A DNA stretch of 64,000 bases, taken from the NCBI RefSeq assembly GCF_963921235.1, contig NC_086108.1:74278001-74342000 (forward strand), read 5' to 3'. This DNA is from Mobula hypostoma. Taxonomy: Eukaryota. The position numbers were made by a program, and so were the translations under genes. Within the stretch, counting starts at the first letter, position 1, and every line of letters starts with the position of its first letter. This document shows positions 1 to 11,860 of the stretch, piece after piece. Under the pieces are notes generated by a model. It saw nothing but the letters and a program-made list of their open reading frames with translations, was not told where the DNA came from and ran no database searches.

Positions 1-370
1 TTCTCTTTCCGGATCAAAAAAAAAGTTCCCTCCCCTTCCCTCTTCTTCTATTCTCTACTCTGGTCTCGTACCTCTTCTCACCTGCCTATCACTTCCCCTT
101 GATGTCCCTTCTTCTTCCCTTTCTCCCATGGTCCACTGTCCTCTTGTATCAGATTTCTTCCTCTGTCACCTTTTCTTTAACCACCCACCTGGCTTCACCT
201 ATCACCTTCAAGCTAACCTCTTCCTCCTCCACCCCCCCCCCACCTTCTGGCATCTTCCCCCTATTTTTAAAGTTCTGAATAAAGGCCTCAGCCTGAAACA
301 GCGACCTGTTCAATGACTTCCATAGGTGCTGCTTGACCTGCTGAGTTTTCAAGGTGGGGGGGGGTGTCTG
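1..370 (+). mobile_element. Penelope-like element 3' end / pLTR remnant
   Basis: CT-rich tract followed by a decayed hammerhead (ctgaataaaggcctcagcctgaaacagcgac) and tgctgcttgacctgctgagtt, shared with other copies in the window. Confidence 0.7.
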
Positions 371-384
371 TGTCTCTCTTTGCT

Positions 385-1060
385 GAAGCAGCATTCGGGA
401 CATTACTCATTACTCCATATTGAGAGATCAGCATCGGAAAGGATGAGCTGCTTCAACTTTCTGGGTGTCAACATCTCAAAGGATCTATCCAGGGCCCAAT
501 ACATTGATGTATTCAGGAAGAAGGCATGCCAGTGATTCTATTTCATACAGAATTTGAGGAGATTTAGGTATTACCAAAGACTCTTGGAAAGTTATATAGA
601 TGTACAGTGGAGAGCATTCTTCCTGGTAGCATCACAGTGGAGAGCATTCTTCCTGGTTTGGTGGATTGCAAAAGGCTGCAGAGGATTGTAGACTTGGCTA
701 GCTTCATCACAGGCACAGCCCTCCCTTCCATTGAGGACATCTAAAGAGGCAGTGCATCAAAAAGGTGGCATCCAAAATTAACGACCCTTACCATCCTGGA
801 CATGCCCTCTTCACGGTACTACCATGGGAGGAGGTCCAGGAGCCTGAAGAGACACTCCCTGCGATTTAAAACAAAGTTTCTTCAGCTATGTCATCAGACT
901 TCTGGACAGTCCATGCATACTATCCTTTTATTTGTGTTTTGAACTGTTATTTATTTTTGGAACTTGCAGTAATTTTTGTCTTGTACTGTATTGCTGCTGG
1001 AAAGCAACAGATTTCATACCATATGTGCATGGTGATAAACCAGATTCTGATTCTGAACTT
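385..1060 (+). mobile_element. Rex/Babar-type LINE 3' fragment
   Basis: FNFLGVNISKDL..., YRCTVESIL motifs; (gattct)n tail at about 1043-1056; internal 24-bp tandem duplication (604-627 / 634-657). Confidence 0.8.
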
Positions 1061-1426
1061 CAGCAGTTTTAGGATTTGAATGCATTTGTGCATAAACATG
1101 TAAGCTCTGAACTTTCTGATAGCTGTTTGCAAAAATAGCTTTGTCTTTGCTGTACTTCTGATAATAGCAATACCTCAAATTGCAGTATGTATCCACTACG
1201 TAAATAATTTATGCCAGGTTTAACCGAGCGAAAGAATATATTAGTCAAATGGCCACCAGTAGATGTGAAGGGTTTTCTTAGTTTTGGTTAACTTAAAAAA
1301 GGAAGTTTAATATAGTTTAAAGGGTTTAAGTTGTATTTTGTTTTAAGGAGTCATTTATTTTGAATTGTTTCTGAACGTTTTTGAAACTTTGCCTTTTTCA
1401 GAAACATTGTTTTTGACAGTTATCTT

Positions 1427-2640
1427 CATCAGAATCAGGTTTATTATCACCGGCATGTGTTGTGAAATTAGTTAACTTGGCAACAGCAGTTCAATGCAAT
1501 ACATATTATAGAAGAAGAAAACATAGTAAATAATAAATAAATCAATTACAGTTATATGTATATATGGACTAGATTAAAAATCATGCAAAAACAGAAATAA
1601 TATGTATTTAAAAAATGAGGTAGTGTTCACAGGTTCAATGTCCATTTAGGAATCGGGTAGCAGAGGAGAAGAAGCTGTTCCTGAATTGCTGAGTGTGCAC
1701 CTTCAGGCTTCTGTACCTCCTACCTGATGGTAACAGCGAGAAAAGGGCATGCCCTGGGTGCTGGGGGTCCTTAATAATGGATGCTACCTTTCTGAGATAC
1801 TTTTTTTTAAGTGTGTCGTACCAGACATTCAGCCATTCTTGTCTGGCACGTGGTGTCAGGATTAACCGGGTCATGATATGAACGTTCCTGACTTGACCCT
1901 TGTAATTTTTACAAGGCCGAGTGGCTAGCTCGACACAGATGGAAAGCATGCTTGAGGGTGGCCCAACCTGGATTCGAACTCCGGAACCTTTGCTCTGGAG
2001 TCCGGTGCTGATCTCACTGCGCCACCAGCCAGTCTGAGACACTGCTCCTTGAAGATGACCTGGGTACTTTGTAGGCTAATACCCAAGACAGAGCCGACTA
2101 AGTGTATAACTCTTTAGATTAGATTAGATTCAACTTTATTGTCATTGTGCCAAGTACAGATACAAAGCCATTGAAATGCAGTTAGCATCTGACCAGAAAT
2201 GCAAAGAACAGTGTTATTTACAAAATACTGCGAATAAAAAGTAAGTGCTGCAGCACACAAATATAAAAGTACTGAGACAGTACAATATGGGTGCAATACT
2301 GCTTAGTGCTGTGATGTGAGATTCATCAGTGTCACAGCCTCAGGGAAGAAGCTCTTCCTGTGCCTGCTGGTGCGGGAGTAGAGGCTCCTGTAGCGCCTAC
2401 CGGATGGGAGGAGAGTAAAAAGTCCACGGTAGGGTGAGATGCATCCTTGATAATGCTTTTCGCCCTGCCCAGGCAGTGTTTATGGTAGATGTTCTCAATG
2501 GTGGGCAATTGGGTGCCGATAATCTGCTGAGCAGTTTTCGGTTTTCAGCTTTACAGCTTCTTTCGGTCCTGAGCAGTAGCCCCCCCGCCCCCCCACCCCT
2601 TTCCCAATGCCAGATAGCGATTCATTGGAAGGCCTGTCAG
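1427..2640 (-). mobile_element. Rex/Babar-type LINE 3' fragment with a nested SINE and a nested second Rex-type 3' end (about 2115-2540)
   Basis: IIKDPQHPGHALFSLLPSGRRYRSL on the minus strand; tail tcagaatcaggtttatt; near-identical to the copy at 62733-63700; nested piece has a (ttaga)n tail. Confidence 0.8.
1801..2032 (-). mobile_element. tRNA-derived SINE with A-tail and TSD
   Basis: Minus strand A box TGGCGCAGTGAG and B box GGAGTTCGAATCC (1970-1982); T8 at 1801-1808; TSD tctgagatac (1791-1800) / tctgagacac (2033-2042). Confidence 0.85.
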
Positions 2641-3776
2641 GGTTTCTTTTCCCATTTTAATCTGCAAGGTTTATGAGTAAATGCTTTTGAAAGATGTTGT
2701 TATGGTGTTAATTTTCACTGCTGAGATGAGAGGAGTGTTGTTCAAGTGGCAAGGTGAGCCACTCTTAAAATCTACAGCTGAGTGCTAGGTGGTCAGTTTA
2801 TTTTCTCTAAATACGGGGCAATTGTGGTGGCAGTTTTTGTTACCTGAAAAGTGGAGGAGATACTAATGTGCAATTTGGAGCTCCATTGGGTATAAACTGG
2901 AAATAGTGTTGAATAAATTGAATAATAACCACCTTTTCAGGTTTTGTTTGGAAGGGTTATTTTTTTCAGAATTAGGTTTTAATCACTGTCTTATGACATG
3001 AAATTTATTTTGTGGCACCAGTACAATGCAAAGACAATTATTGTAAATTACAAAATACATAACAGAAAAAAAGGAATAACAGGATAGTGTCCAATTATGT
3101 TATGTGTGGTCTGGCTCCTGTACCACCTCCCTGATGATAGCAACAAGGAGAGCATGTCACGGATGGTGAGGTTCCCCAAACATACGGAAGGAAATGTGTC
3201 TGTTTTTAATGAAGGTGATGATTGAGAGCTTCTCTTTAAGCAACTGTGTGCTGAAAGGCAAGATCAGCTTTCATCTTATCTTTTTTTTAAGTATGCACTG
3301 CTTGTATCAGTTAGTGTAACATGTAGAAATGGTTATATATGCAGATATTTAAATTCCTTTGTGATGAATTCTAGTTGTTCCTAAACTACTATTGTCTGTA
3401 TCTCAGACGGGTATTACATCAAAGAAAAAGGTATTCAAATGTAAATGACCATTATCCAAATTATCATTCAGCATTACATTATGCGTTTTTGCAGTAATCT
3501 GGATTCTCAATTCCTCCTCCTGAATATTGTCTTCATTTTAAGATTTGTTATCCATTGCAGAGGGTTCCAGTTTATTTCCAGTGGGGGTGGGGGTGTGGTA
3601 AAACAAATATTGACCAGAAAGATCTTGACTGAAAATGGTCACCATACTTCATTCAATTGCTTGTGCTGGTTAACTTGTTAGTGATGAGTATGGAAAATTG
3701 TTATTGAAGTTTCATTGTATTTTTTCAGAACTGCGATTCTCCACCTTAGATATCTTTTTGTTTTTCTTTAATACAG

Positions 3777-4576
3777 GTTATTACTGGAAACGCCAGGATT
3801 ATTCTGAAAGAGCAAGGAAAAGCATTTTTTTTCGGTTTGGCTGCAGAGGATGAAAAGAAATAAGAATATTAACTCAGCTTGCCAGTTTTACTACAATCAG
3901 CTCTGAACTATAAAAAGTGAAAGCTAATTGGACAATTGACTTTCAATTAACAAAGTATTTGAAGGAGGGAGAAACATTTAAAAATTTTGTTTTGTTGAAT
4001 ATTTTTGGATGTACTGTGTAAAGGTTAGGTTTAGAATTATTGTTATGTTGATTGTCAACTTTTAGGATAAAAACTTTTTGAACCACAGTTTCTAAGAGTC
4101 ACCTATAAAAATGGAAATGAGAAGATTCAAACAAATGGTCAGACCAAATTTGTAAATGTGAACATTTATTGCATTTACAAATTCCAATATATAGACACAC
4201 TGCTTTTCTAGTTCTAATTATGTTGTAATCAAGTCTTAAGCAGACAGTAAAATTATCCTTTTTTGTAATGTAATTTGTTTTCCCTCTCTGTGTCATTTCA
4301 TTGAAAACATTAATGAGGTGAGCAAAGTTCTTCCTCCTCTCAGTTTAAAAATAAATTAGCTGGGTAAACTCTAGGTTTATTTCTAACACTTGGAAAAAGC
4401 AGAAAGTAAAATGAACAGCTGAGGGTTGGATTGAGGTGCAGGCGAGCACAGAGTGCTGCTTCTGGTCCTGAGTGACCAAATCACTCTTGCCAGCATTTAT
4501 CAGTCTGTCTTGGTGAGCAGAAGAAACTTCAGTGCCGGAAAATCAAAGCTGAGGGCCCAAAGAGCTCTGCTTGGAG
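3777..4576 (+). other. GPBP1L1: Candidate long non-coding 5'UTR exon of GPBP1L1 (800 nt)
   Basis: Strong acceptor (tctttttgtttttctttaatacag|G, AG 3775-3776) and donor (GAG|gtaagg at 4577); lies in a TE-free island upstream of the ATG exon; no long ORF. Confidence 0.55.
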
Positions 4577-5340
4577 GTAAGGTGTTGCTTCATGATCTTG
4601 TATTAATTTAGGTATAAATTCAGAGAGTGAGTTCACTTTTCAGTTTTCAAATAATGTACTTGTTTTCTGATGTACAACTGTGTTTCTAATCTGTAAATTT
4701 CTATTTTTTTTGGATAACATAAGAGACCTAATGACGTTCCTGTCTCCAGAAGAATATCTTTGCTCATGTGCTGTTTGAGAAGATTGAAATACCGCTTATT
4801 ATTTCTGCATCAAACCTGCTTGCTTTTGATTAGTTTGGATTTAAGCTTTTTAAATTGTTGAATGAGGGAGTACGGTTGAAAGGTGGTTATTTTCTTGCAG
4901 TTCTTCATATTTCAGTGCAGTAGCTTTCTCTAGTAATTTTTAGGAACAGAAGGTCTTAATGATAGGAATCACTTGGAGCAATGATCTCACCAAGAAGTTA
5001 TCTTCTAACAGTCGAAGATCATGAATAAATATCCCAAGAAAAAAATCTTACCCCTTTCTCCACCCCTGCTTCCTGCTATCTATGTAAAATTGTGGGAACT
5101 GAAGTAAGAGAGTTGCAGTGAAAGATAGAAACGTTTGTTTTTCATTACCTAAAACATTTTCGTGGCTTGTATTGGATTTGGCAATTGCACTAGGACAGGG
5201 GAATCTGGAACTAGGAGGTACAGGTTTTTGGTGAGGGGAAGAAATTTAAGCAATCAGATACATAAATGGGAAATACCTGCAATGAACTGCTGGGGAAGTT
5301 GTGAAGCCCAGTACAATTACATTGTTTAAAAGGCATTTGG

Positions 5341-7126
5341 GTTTTCACTGGGTTCCGGCAAACGAGCAACAGAGGAGCTGAGGGCAGTGTGGACAGGGCC
5401 AACGAACTTAACTTGTTCTTTGACAGATTTGACATTGTGACCCCTGCCCATCCCCCACATTAGCCATCTGTTGTCAGACCCCAATCAACACATGTTCCAC
5501 TCTCCCCTCCTACCCCTCCTCACAGTCCCCCACCCGGCTCTTATGACTATACCCCTCCCCCACACAAAACCACCACTGTGAGCTTCACGACTGAACAGGT
5601 GAGAAGACAGCTGAAATGTCTCAACGCAAGCAAGGCTGCAGGACCGGATGGTGTCAGTACCAGGGTGCTCAAAGCTTGTGCCCCTCAGCTATGTGGAGTA
5701 CTTCACCATGTATTCAACCTGAGCCTGAGGCTCCAGAGAGTTCCTGTACTGTGGAAGCCGTCCTGCCTCGTCCCTGTGCCAAAGACGCCGCGCCCCAGCG
5801 GCCTCAATGACTACAGACCGGTGGCATTGACCTCCCACATCATGAAGATCCTGGAAAGACTTGTTCTGGAGCTGCTCCAGCCGATGGTCAAGCCACACTT
5901 AGATCCCCTCCAGTTTGCCTACCAGCCCTGACTAGGAGTTGAGGATGCCATCGTCTACCTGCTGAACCGTGTCTACGCCCACCTGGACAAGCCAGCGAGC
6001 ACGGAGAGGGTCATGTTTTTTGACTTCTCCAGTGCGTTCAACACCATCCGCCCTGCTCTGCTGGGGGAGAAGCTGACAGCGATGCAGGTGGAAGCTCCCC
6101 TGGTGTCATGGATTCTTGATTACCTGACTGGAAGACCACAGTACGTGTGCTTGCAACACTGTGTGTCCGACAGAGTGATCAGCAGCACTGGAGCTCCACA
6201 GGGGACTGTCTTGTCTCCCTTTCTCTTCACCATTTATACCTCGGACTTCAACTACTGCACAGAGTCTTGTCACCTTCAGAAGTTTTCGGATGACTCTGCC
6301 ATAGTTGGATGTATCAGCAAGGGAGATGAGGTTGAGTACAGGGCTACTGTAGGAAACTTTGTCACATGGTGTGAGCAGAATTATCTGCAGCTTAATGTGA
6401 AAAAGACTAAGGAGCTGGTGGTAGACCTGAGGAGAGCTAAGGTACCGGTGACCCCTGTTTTCATCCAGGGGGTCAGTGTGGACATGGTGGAGGATTACAA
6501 ATACCTGGGGATACGAATTGACAATAAACTGGACTGGTCAAAGAACACTGAGGCTGTCTACAAGAAGGGTCAGAGCCGTCTCTACTTCCTGAGGAGACTG
6601 AGGTCCTTTAACATCTGCCGGACGATGCTGAGGATGTTCTACGAGTCTGTGGTGGCCTGTGCTATCATGTTTGCTGTTGTGTGCTGGGGCAGCAGGCTGA
6701 GGGTGGCAGACACCAACAGAATCAACAAACTTATTCGAAAGGCCAGTGATGTTTTGGAGACGGCGGTGTCTGAAAAGAGGATGCTGTCCAAGTTGCATGC
6801 CATCTTGGTCAATGTCTCCCATCCACTACATAATGTACTGGGTGGGCACAGGAGTACATTCAGCCAGAGACTCATTCCTCCAAGATGCAGCACAGAGCGT
6901 CATAGGAAGTCGTTCCTGCCTGTGGCCATCAAACTTTACAACTCCTCCCTTGGAGGTCAGACACCCTGAGCCAATAGGCTGGTCCTGGACTTATTTCATA
7001 ATTTACTGGCATAATTTACATACTACTATTTAACTAATTATGGTTCTATTACTATTTATTATTTATGGTGCCACTGTAACAAAAACCAATTTCCCCCCGG
7101 GATCAATAAACTATGACTATGACTAT
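5341..7126 (+). mobile_element. Rex1-type LINE, 5'-truncated, with near-intact reverse transcriptase
   Basis: One frame 5341-6969 with only two stops (5461 TAG, 5929 TGA); KAAGPDG, NDYRPVALTS, DFSSAFNTI, GAPQGTVLSP, QKFSDDSA; AATAAA plus (ctatga)n tail; splits an older CR1 3' remnant. Confidence 0.92.
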
Positions 7127-7813
7127 GGACAGATGTTTGAATAAGAAAGATGTTGAGGAACACTTGTAGTGCAGGCAGTTGGCAAAAGCGTGGATAGACA
7201 ATGGTCAGCATGGACAGGGAATCTCCCTTTCTCTCCTGTGCATTTCTGTGATTCTGCTATTAAGCATTTCAGATATATCTTGTTACATCCTCTAAAACAC
7301 AAACTTCCCTTACGTACAGCTGAAGCACCTACAATCTGCTATGCTTAATAGTGAATGTCATGAGATAGTTACAGGCAAGTCAGTTATTTTCCAATATCTT
7401 CGATGCTTTTGGACTTTATTTTCTGTTTTGAGCAGAATATGCAGGTGAAGTGTTGATGGTTGTTGCTGAGGCAGATTCAAGTTGTGCACGAAGGGTAACA
7501 AATGAAAGGTTGTCTCTTTAAGTTATCGTAGACTATTGCAAAGTTGCTTTTGTGTTATTCTCTGCTATGTCTTTTGAATGTTTTTAGCCAAAGACTTGGG
7601 ATGATGGTTTAGAAGCTAAGAATTACTTAGCTTCTTAGAGGAAGAAATATTTTTTGATAAATTTTTGATGTCAAAATGGATTAATCAATGTATTTATTAG
7701 TTGGAGGATTTAGTTTTTTTTCCATCTTTTTTCCTTATGGTTTTTCATTTGTACAGGATCCTGGCCATGAGGTTTGATACCTCACTTCGTTGACTGGAAA
7801 ACACTGGACCTAA

Positions 7814-7876
7814 ATGGCGCAGCATGACTTTGTACCTGCTTGGCTTAATTTTTCAACATCTCAGTCTTCAGCTAAG
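7814..7876 (+). CDS. GPBP1L1: GPBP1L1 coding exon 1 (exon starts at 7757 after tttgtacag; ATG 7814)
   Basis: Translates MAQHDFVPAWLNFSTSQSSAK, the vasculin-like 1 N-terminus; donor AAG|gtttgg, phase 0. Confidence 0.96.
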
Positions 7877-8424
7877 GTTTGGTTCAAAACTTTGAGGTAG
7901 TAATTTGTTTAATTTTAAGTGTATGTTCAGTCAAAGATTGTTCCATTGTATTGAGAAAACTTATAGCATATTTTCAGGTGAAGCCACAGAACGAATAGTT
8001 ACAGTATTAGAATGCTGCAAGGATTGTCCTTGTTCTCAGTTGCACCTTCATTTCTAAGCTGCAGTTTAATCTGCCGCCACTGCTGTCTTCCACAATGCAT
8101 TCCGGGCCCAGTTTTATTTTTTAAATCCGGGTCATGTTGGTGGGGTGGAAAATCCTTGCCAGAATTGTTGTAAGTAATGTTTAAAAATAATGAGAAAAGA
8201 TACTTGTGAATTAAAAATAATGGAGTTGGGCTGTTGTCTCAATTAATCTGTTGGTGTTTACCTGTCATTCAATTAATCATGCATGATTGTTCCAAATCAC
8301 AGCTTTATCACTTCCTTTGTCGACCTGTCCTCCAATTCAGTCTTCACTGTTGACACTGCTACTGCTGTGATCTTAACTCTAGAAGTCTTTTTTTCCAGAT
8401 TCATTAATTGGATAAATGCAATTT

Positions 8425-10160
8425 GGTAACTCAGCCATTTGGCCCATCGAGTCTGCTCCGCCATTTCATGGTGATCCATTTTTCCTCTAAGTCCAGCCTC
8501 CTGCCTCCTCCCCATATCCTGTCATGCCATGACCAATCAAGAATCTATCAGCCTCTGCCTTAAATATCATAAAGACTTGGCCTTTACAGATTCGCCACTC
8601 TTTGGCTCAAGAGATCCCTCTTCATCTCTGTTCTAAAAGGACGCACCTCTATTCTGAGGCTGTGTCTTCTGGTCTTAGACTCCCATTCTCTTCACATCCA
8701 CACTAACAAGGCCTTTCACCATTTGATAGGTTTCAATGAGGTCACCTCTTCTGAATTTAAGCGAATATAGGCCCAGAGCTATCAGAGACTCTTCATATGA
8801 CAAGCTATTCAATCTTGGAATAATTTTCGTGAATCTCCTTTGAACCCTGTCCAGTTTCAGCTCACCCCTCCTAAGTTAAGGGACCCAAACCTGCTCAGAA
8901 TACTAAAGTGAGGCATCAGCAGTGTTTTACAAAGTCTCAACATTACATCCTTTTATATTCTATTCCTCTTGAAATAAATGCTAACATTGCATTTGCCTTC
9001 CTTGCTACAGACTCAACCTGCAAATTAACCTTTAGGGAATCCTGCACAAGGACTCCCAAGTCCCTTTGCACCTCAGTTTTTTGTATTTTCTCTCCATTTA
9101 GAAAACAGTCAACCCTTTCATTTCTTTTACCAAAGTTCATGACCATGCACTTCCCTACACTGAATTCCATCTGCCATTTCTTTGCCTATTCTTCTAATCT
9201 GTCTCAGTCCTTCTATAGCCTCTCTACTTCCTCAAAACTACCTGCCCCTCCAAATATATTCATACTGTCTGCAAACTTTGTAACAAAGCCATCAATTTCA
9301 TCATCCAAATCATTGACATATCACTTAAAAAAAATCGGTCCCAGCACAGACCCCTGTGGAACACCACTAGTCACTGGCTCCCAGCCGGAAAAGGCTCCCT
9401 TTGCCTTCTTCCAATCAGCCACTGCTTTATCCAAACTAGAATCTTTGCTGTAATACCATGGTTTCGTAGCTTGTTGTAAGCAGCCTCGTGTGGCACCTTG
9501 TCTAAGGCCTTCTGAAAATCCAAGTACACAACATCAACTGATACTCCTTTGTCTATCTTGCTTGTTATTTCTTCAATGAATTTCAACAGATTTATCAGGC
9601 AAGATTTTCCCCGATGAAACGATGCTGACTGTGACCTATTTTTTCATATGCCCCCAAGTACCCTGAGACCTCATCCTTAATAATCGACTCCCAACCTCTT
9701 CCCAACCACTGAGGTCAGACTAACTGGCCTATAGTTCTTTTTCTTCTGCCTCTGTCCCTTCTTGTAGAGTGGAGTGACACTTGCAGTTTTCCAGTCTTCT
9801 GGAAGCGTTCCAGAATTTAGTGATTCTTGAAAGATCATTACTAATTCCTCCATAATCTCTTCAGTCACCTCTTTCAGAACTCTGGGGGTGTACACCATCT
9901 GGTCCAGGTGGCCTACTTACCTTCAGACCTTTCAGTTTCCCAAGAACCTTCTCTCAGGGGTCTCACACTTCATGACCTCTGACATCTAGAATTTCTGCCA
10001 TATGCTAGTGTCTTCCACCATGAAGACTGATGCAAAATACAATCAGTTCACCTGCAATTTCCTTGTCCCCCATTACGAACTCTCCAGCATCTTTTTCCAG
10101 TGGTCTGATATCCACTCTTGCCTCTCTTATACTTTATGTATCTGAAGAAACTTTTGGTTG
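8425..10160 (-). mobile_element. CR1 (HER1-like) LINE fragment
   Basis: PEDWKTASVTPLYKKG, NYRPVSLTS, VDVVYLDFQKALDKVPH, ANAMLAFISRGIEYK on the minus strand. Confidence 0.9.
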
Positions 10161-10214
10161 TTCCTAGGTTGTGGGAACATTTCAATCATGGGGCAAGTGA
10201 AGTTGACCATAAGA

Positions 10215-10425
10215 CTATGTGTGAAATTTTCCCCTTTTGTTCAAGAGCCTAATAATTGAGGGGTAATAACTATTCCTGAACCTGGTTGTGTGAGTCCTGA
10301 GGCTCCTGTACCATCTTCCTGATGGCAACAATGAGAAGAGCATAACTTGAGTGGTTGGGATCCATGATGATGATGGATTCTTCTTTCCTGTGATAGCATT
10401 TCGTGTAGATGTGCTCAATGGTGTT
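10215..10425 (-). mobile_element. Rex/Babar-type LINE C-terminal fragment
   Basis: LFSLLPSGRWYRSLRTHTTRFRNSYYP in ORF 10215-10418. Confidence 0.75.
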
Positions 10426-10701
10426 CCTCAAGTCAGGGTGGATGCATTGCATTGAATTACACAGTACGGAAACAGGCGCTTCAACATAATATATTCATAC
10501 CAGTCGAGATGCCTTTCCAGGGCAGTCACATTTGTGTGTTTGGTCTATATCCCTTTAATCTTGTACTGTCCATGAATGTGCCAAATGTCTTTTAAATCTG
10601 ACCTGTTTCTACCACTTCCTCTGACAGCTCATTCTATATACCCACCACTCGTGAAAATGATAGCTCCTCACAACTTAAGTTGGTTCCTTCTAGTTTTAGA
10701 T

Positions 10702-11860
10702 TAGGGGTCGGCAACCTTTTTGCCTCTGTGGGCCAGATCACGTATTAATGAGCGGATGGTGGGCCAGATAAATGCCATAAAAAACTTGAAATATGGGAAT
10801 TATCCACTTAAATACATCTAGTTATGTTTTGCCTCAAATTAATGAATAACACATGCTAGAAAATCATTTGTGCTTAACCAAGGATGCCAATTAGTAATCA
10901 AAGAACTCAGTTTAGTTTTTCTGTCCCACTATTGCTGGTGCCCCATCAGTTGTGATGCCAATTAACTTCGACACATTAAGTTTCATTTCTGACATCATTT
11001 TCAGCAAAGCTTCAAAAATGTCTGCCCCAGCAACCGTGTCCTTCATAGGAATTAATTGAATAAACTCTTCAAACATTTGAAAAGTTGAGGTCACTCCTCG
11101 CACAAACACTGCAAGTTGAGCAGTGTCTCTCAAGACTGTACTCTCATCAAGCACAATTGGAAAAAAAATGCAATTCGTTGCAGGCATCCCTTAAACAACT
11201 TTTAACATCTGCTAACATTCCTTCAATTCACTGTGGGATTCGTTCTTGCTGACAGATGCAGATAAAGATTTCTTTTCAGGACAAACAAAATCCACCACTG
11301 CCAGTAAACATTTTTTGACAAACTCTCCATTTGTAAAAGACTTCATCTTTTCTGCAATACGTTTTGAGACTTCGTAGCTGGCACGGGTATTTCCTTCATT
11401 TTCACTGCTTTTTCAGCACTCAGCGTCTACCTTCTTGCATTTTGCATTCATTGCCATTGGAATTTTTTTCTTTGATTTTTATTTTGAAACGCGAGTTAGT
11501 CAACAAGTATCGTAGCACATGTAAATATCTGGATTTAGTGTGGATTTCTTGTTAAAACACAGTGATGCTGTTTCTGTTTACAAATTTGAATGATCCCATC
11601 TGAAAACCTGCGTGTGCACAGAGAGTATCTAATACATATTAATAAAGTAGTCTCCCTTCCCGTCATTCGTATATACCAGTGTTTGATTTGGAACAAAATG
11701 GAACCTAGGGCCAGTGTAACAAGATGCCATGCATGTCCATCAGTGTAGTCGCATGAAACACTCAATAAGGAAAAATCACTCCCGGGCCGGATAAGCATAG
11801 TATCTCAATATTTGCTCGCGGTCCGGATCTGGCCCATGGGCCATAGGTTGCCTACCCCTG
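10702..11860 (-). mobile_element. hAT (Buster/Charlie/SPIN-like) DNA transposon, internally deleted
   Basis: TIRs TAGGGGTCGGCAACCT / AGGTTGCCTACCCCTG; perfect 8-bp TSD TTTTAGAT (10694-10701, 11861-11868); transposase pieces LDESTVLRDTAQLAVFVRGV and ITTDGAPA. Confidence 0.92.

Noticed and set aside
1960..2032. tRNA gene
   Set aside because: A and B boxes are present, but the sequence continues into a SINE body with A-tail and TSD; no complete cloverleaf was evident.
6013..6969. 318-aa reverse-transcriptase ORF as a host gene or prokaryote-type RT system
   Set aside because: Part of a 5'-truncated Rex1 LINE with upstream in-frame stops and a microsatellite tail.
7757..7813. N-terminal extension of GPBP1L1 from the upstream exon
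   Set aside because: An in-frame TGA (7775-7777) lies upstream of the ATG.
10912..11187. Domesticated GTF2IRD2/ZBED-like gene
   Set aside because: Fragmented transposase within TIRs and TSD; internally deleted transposon.
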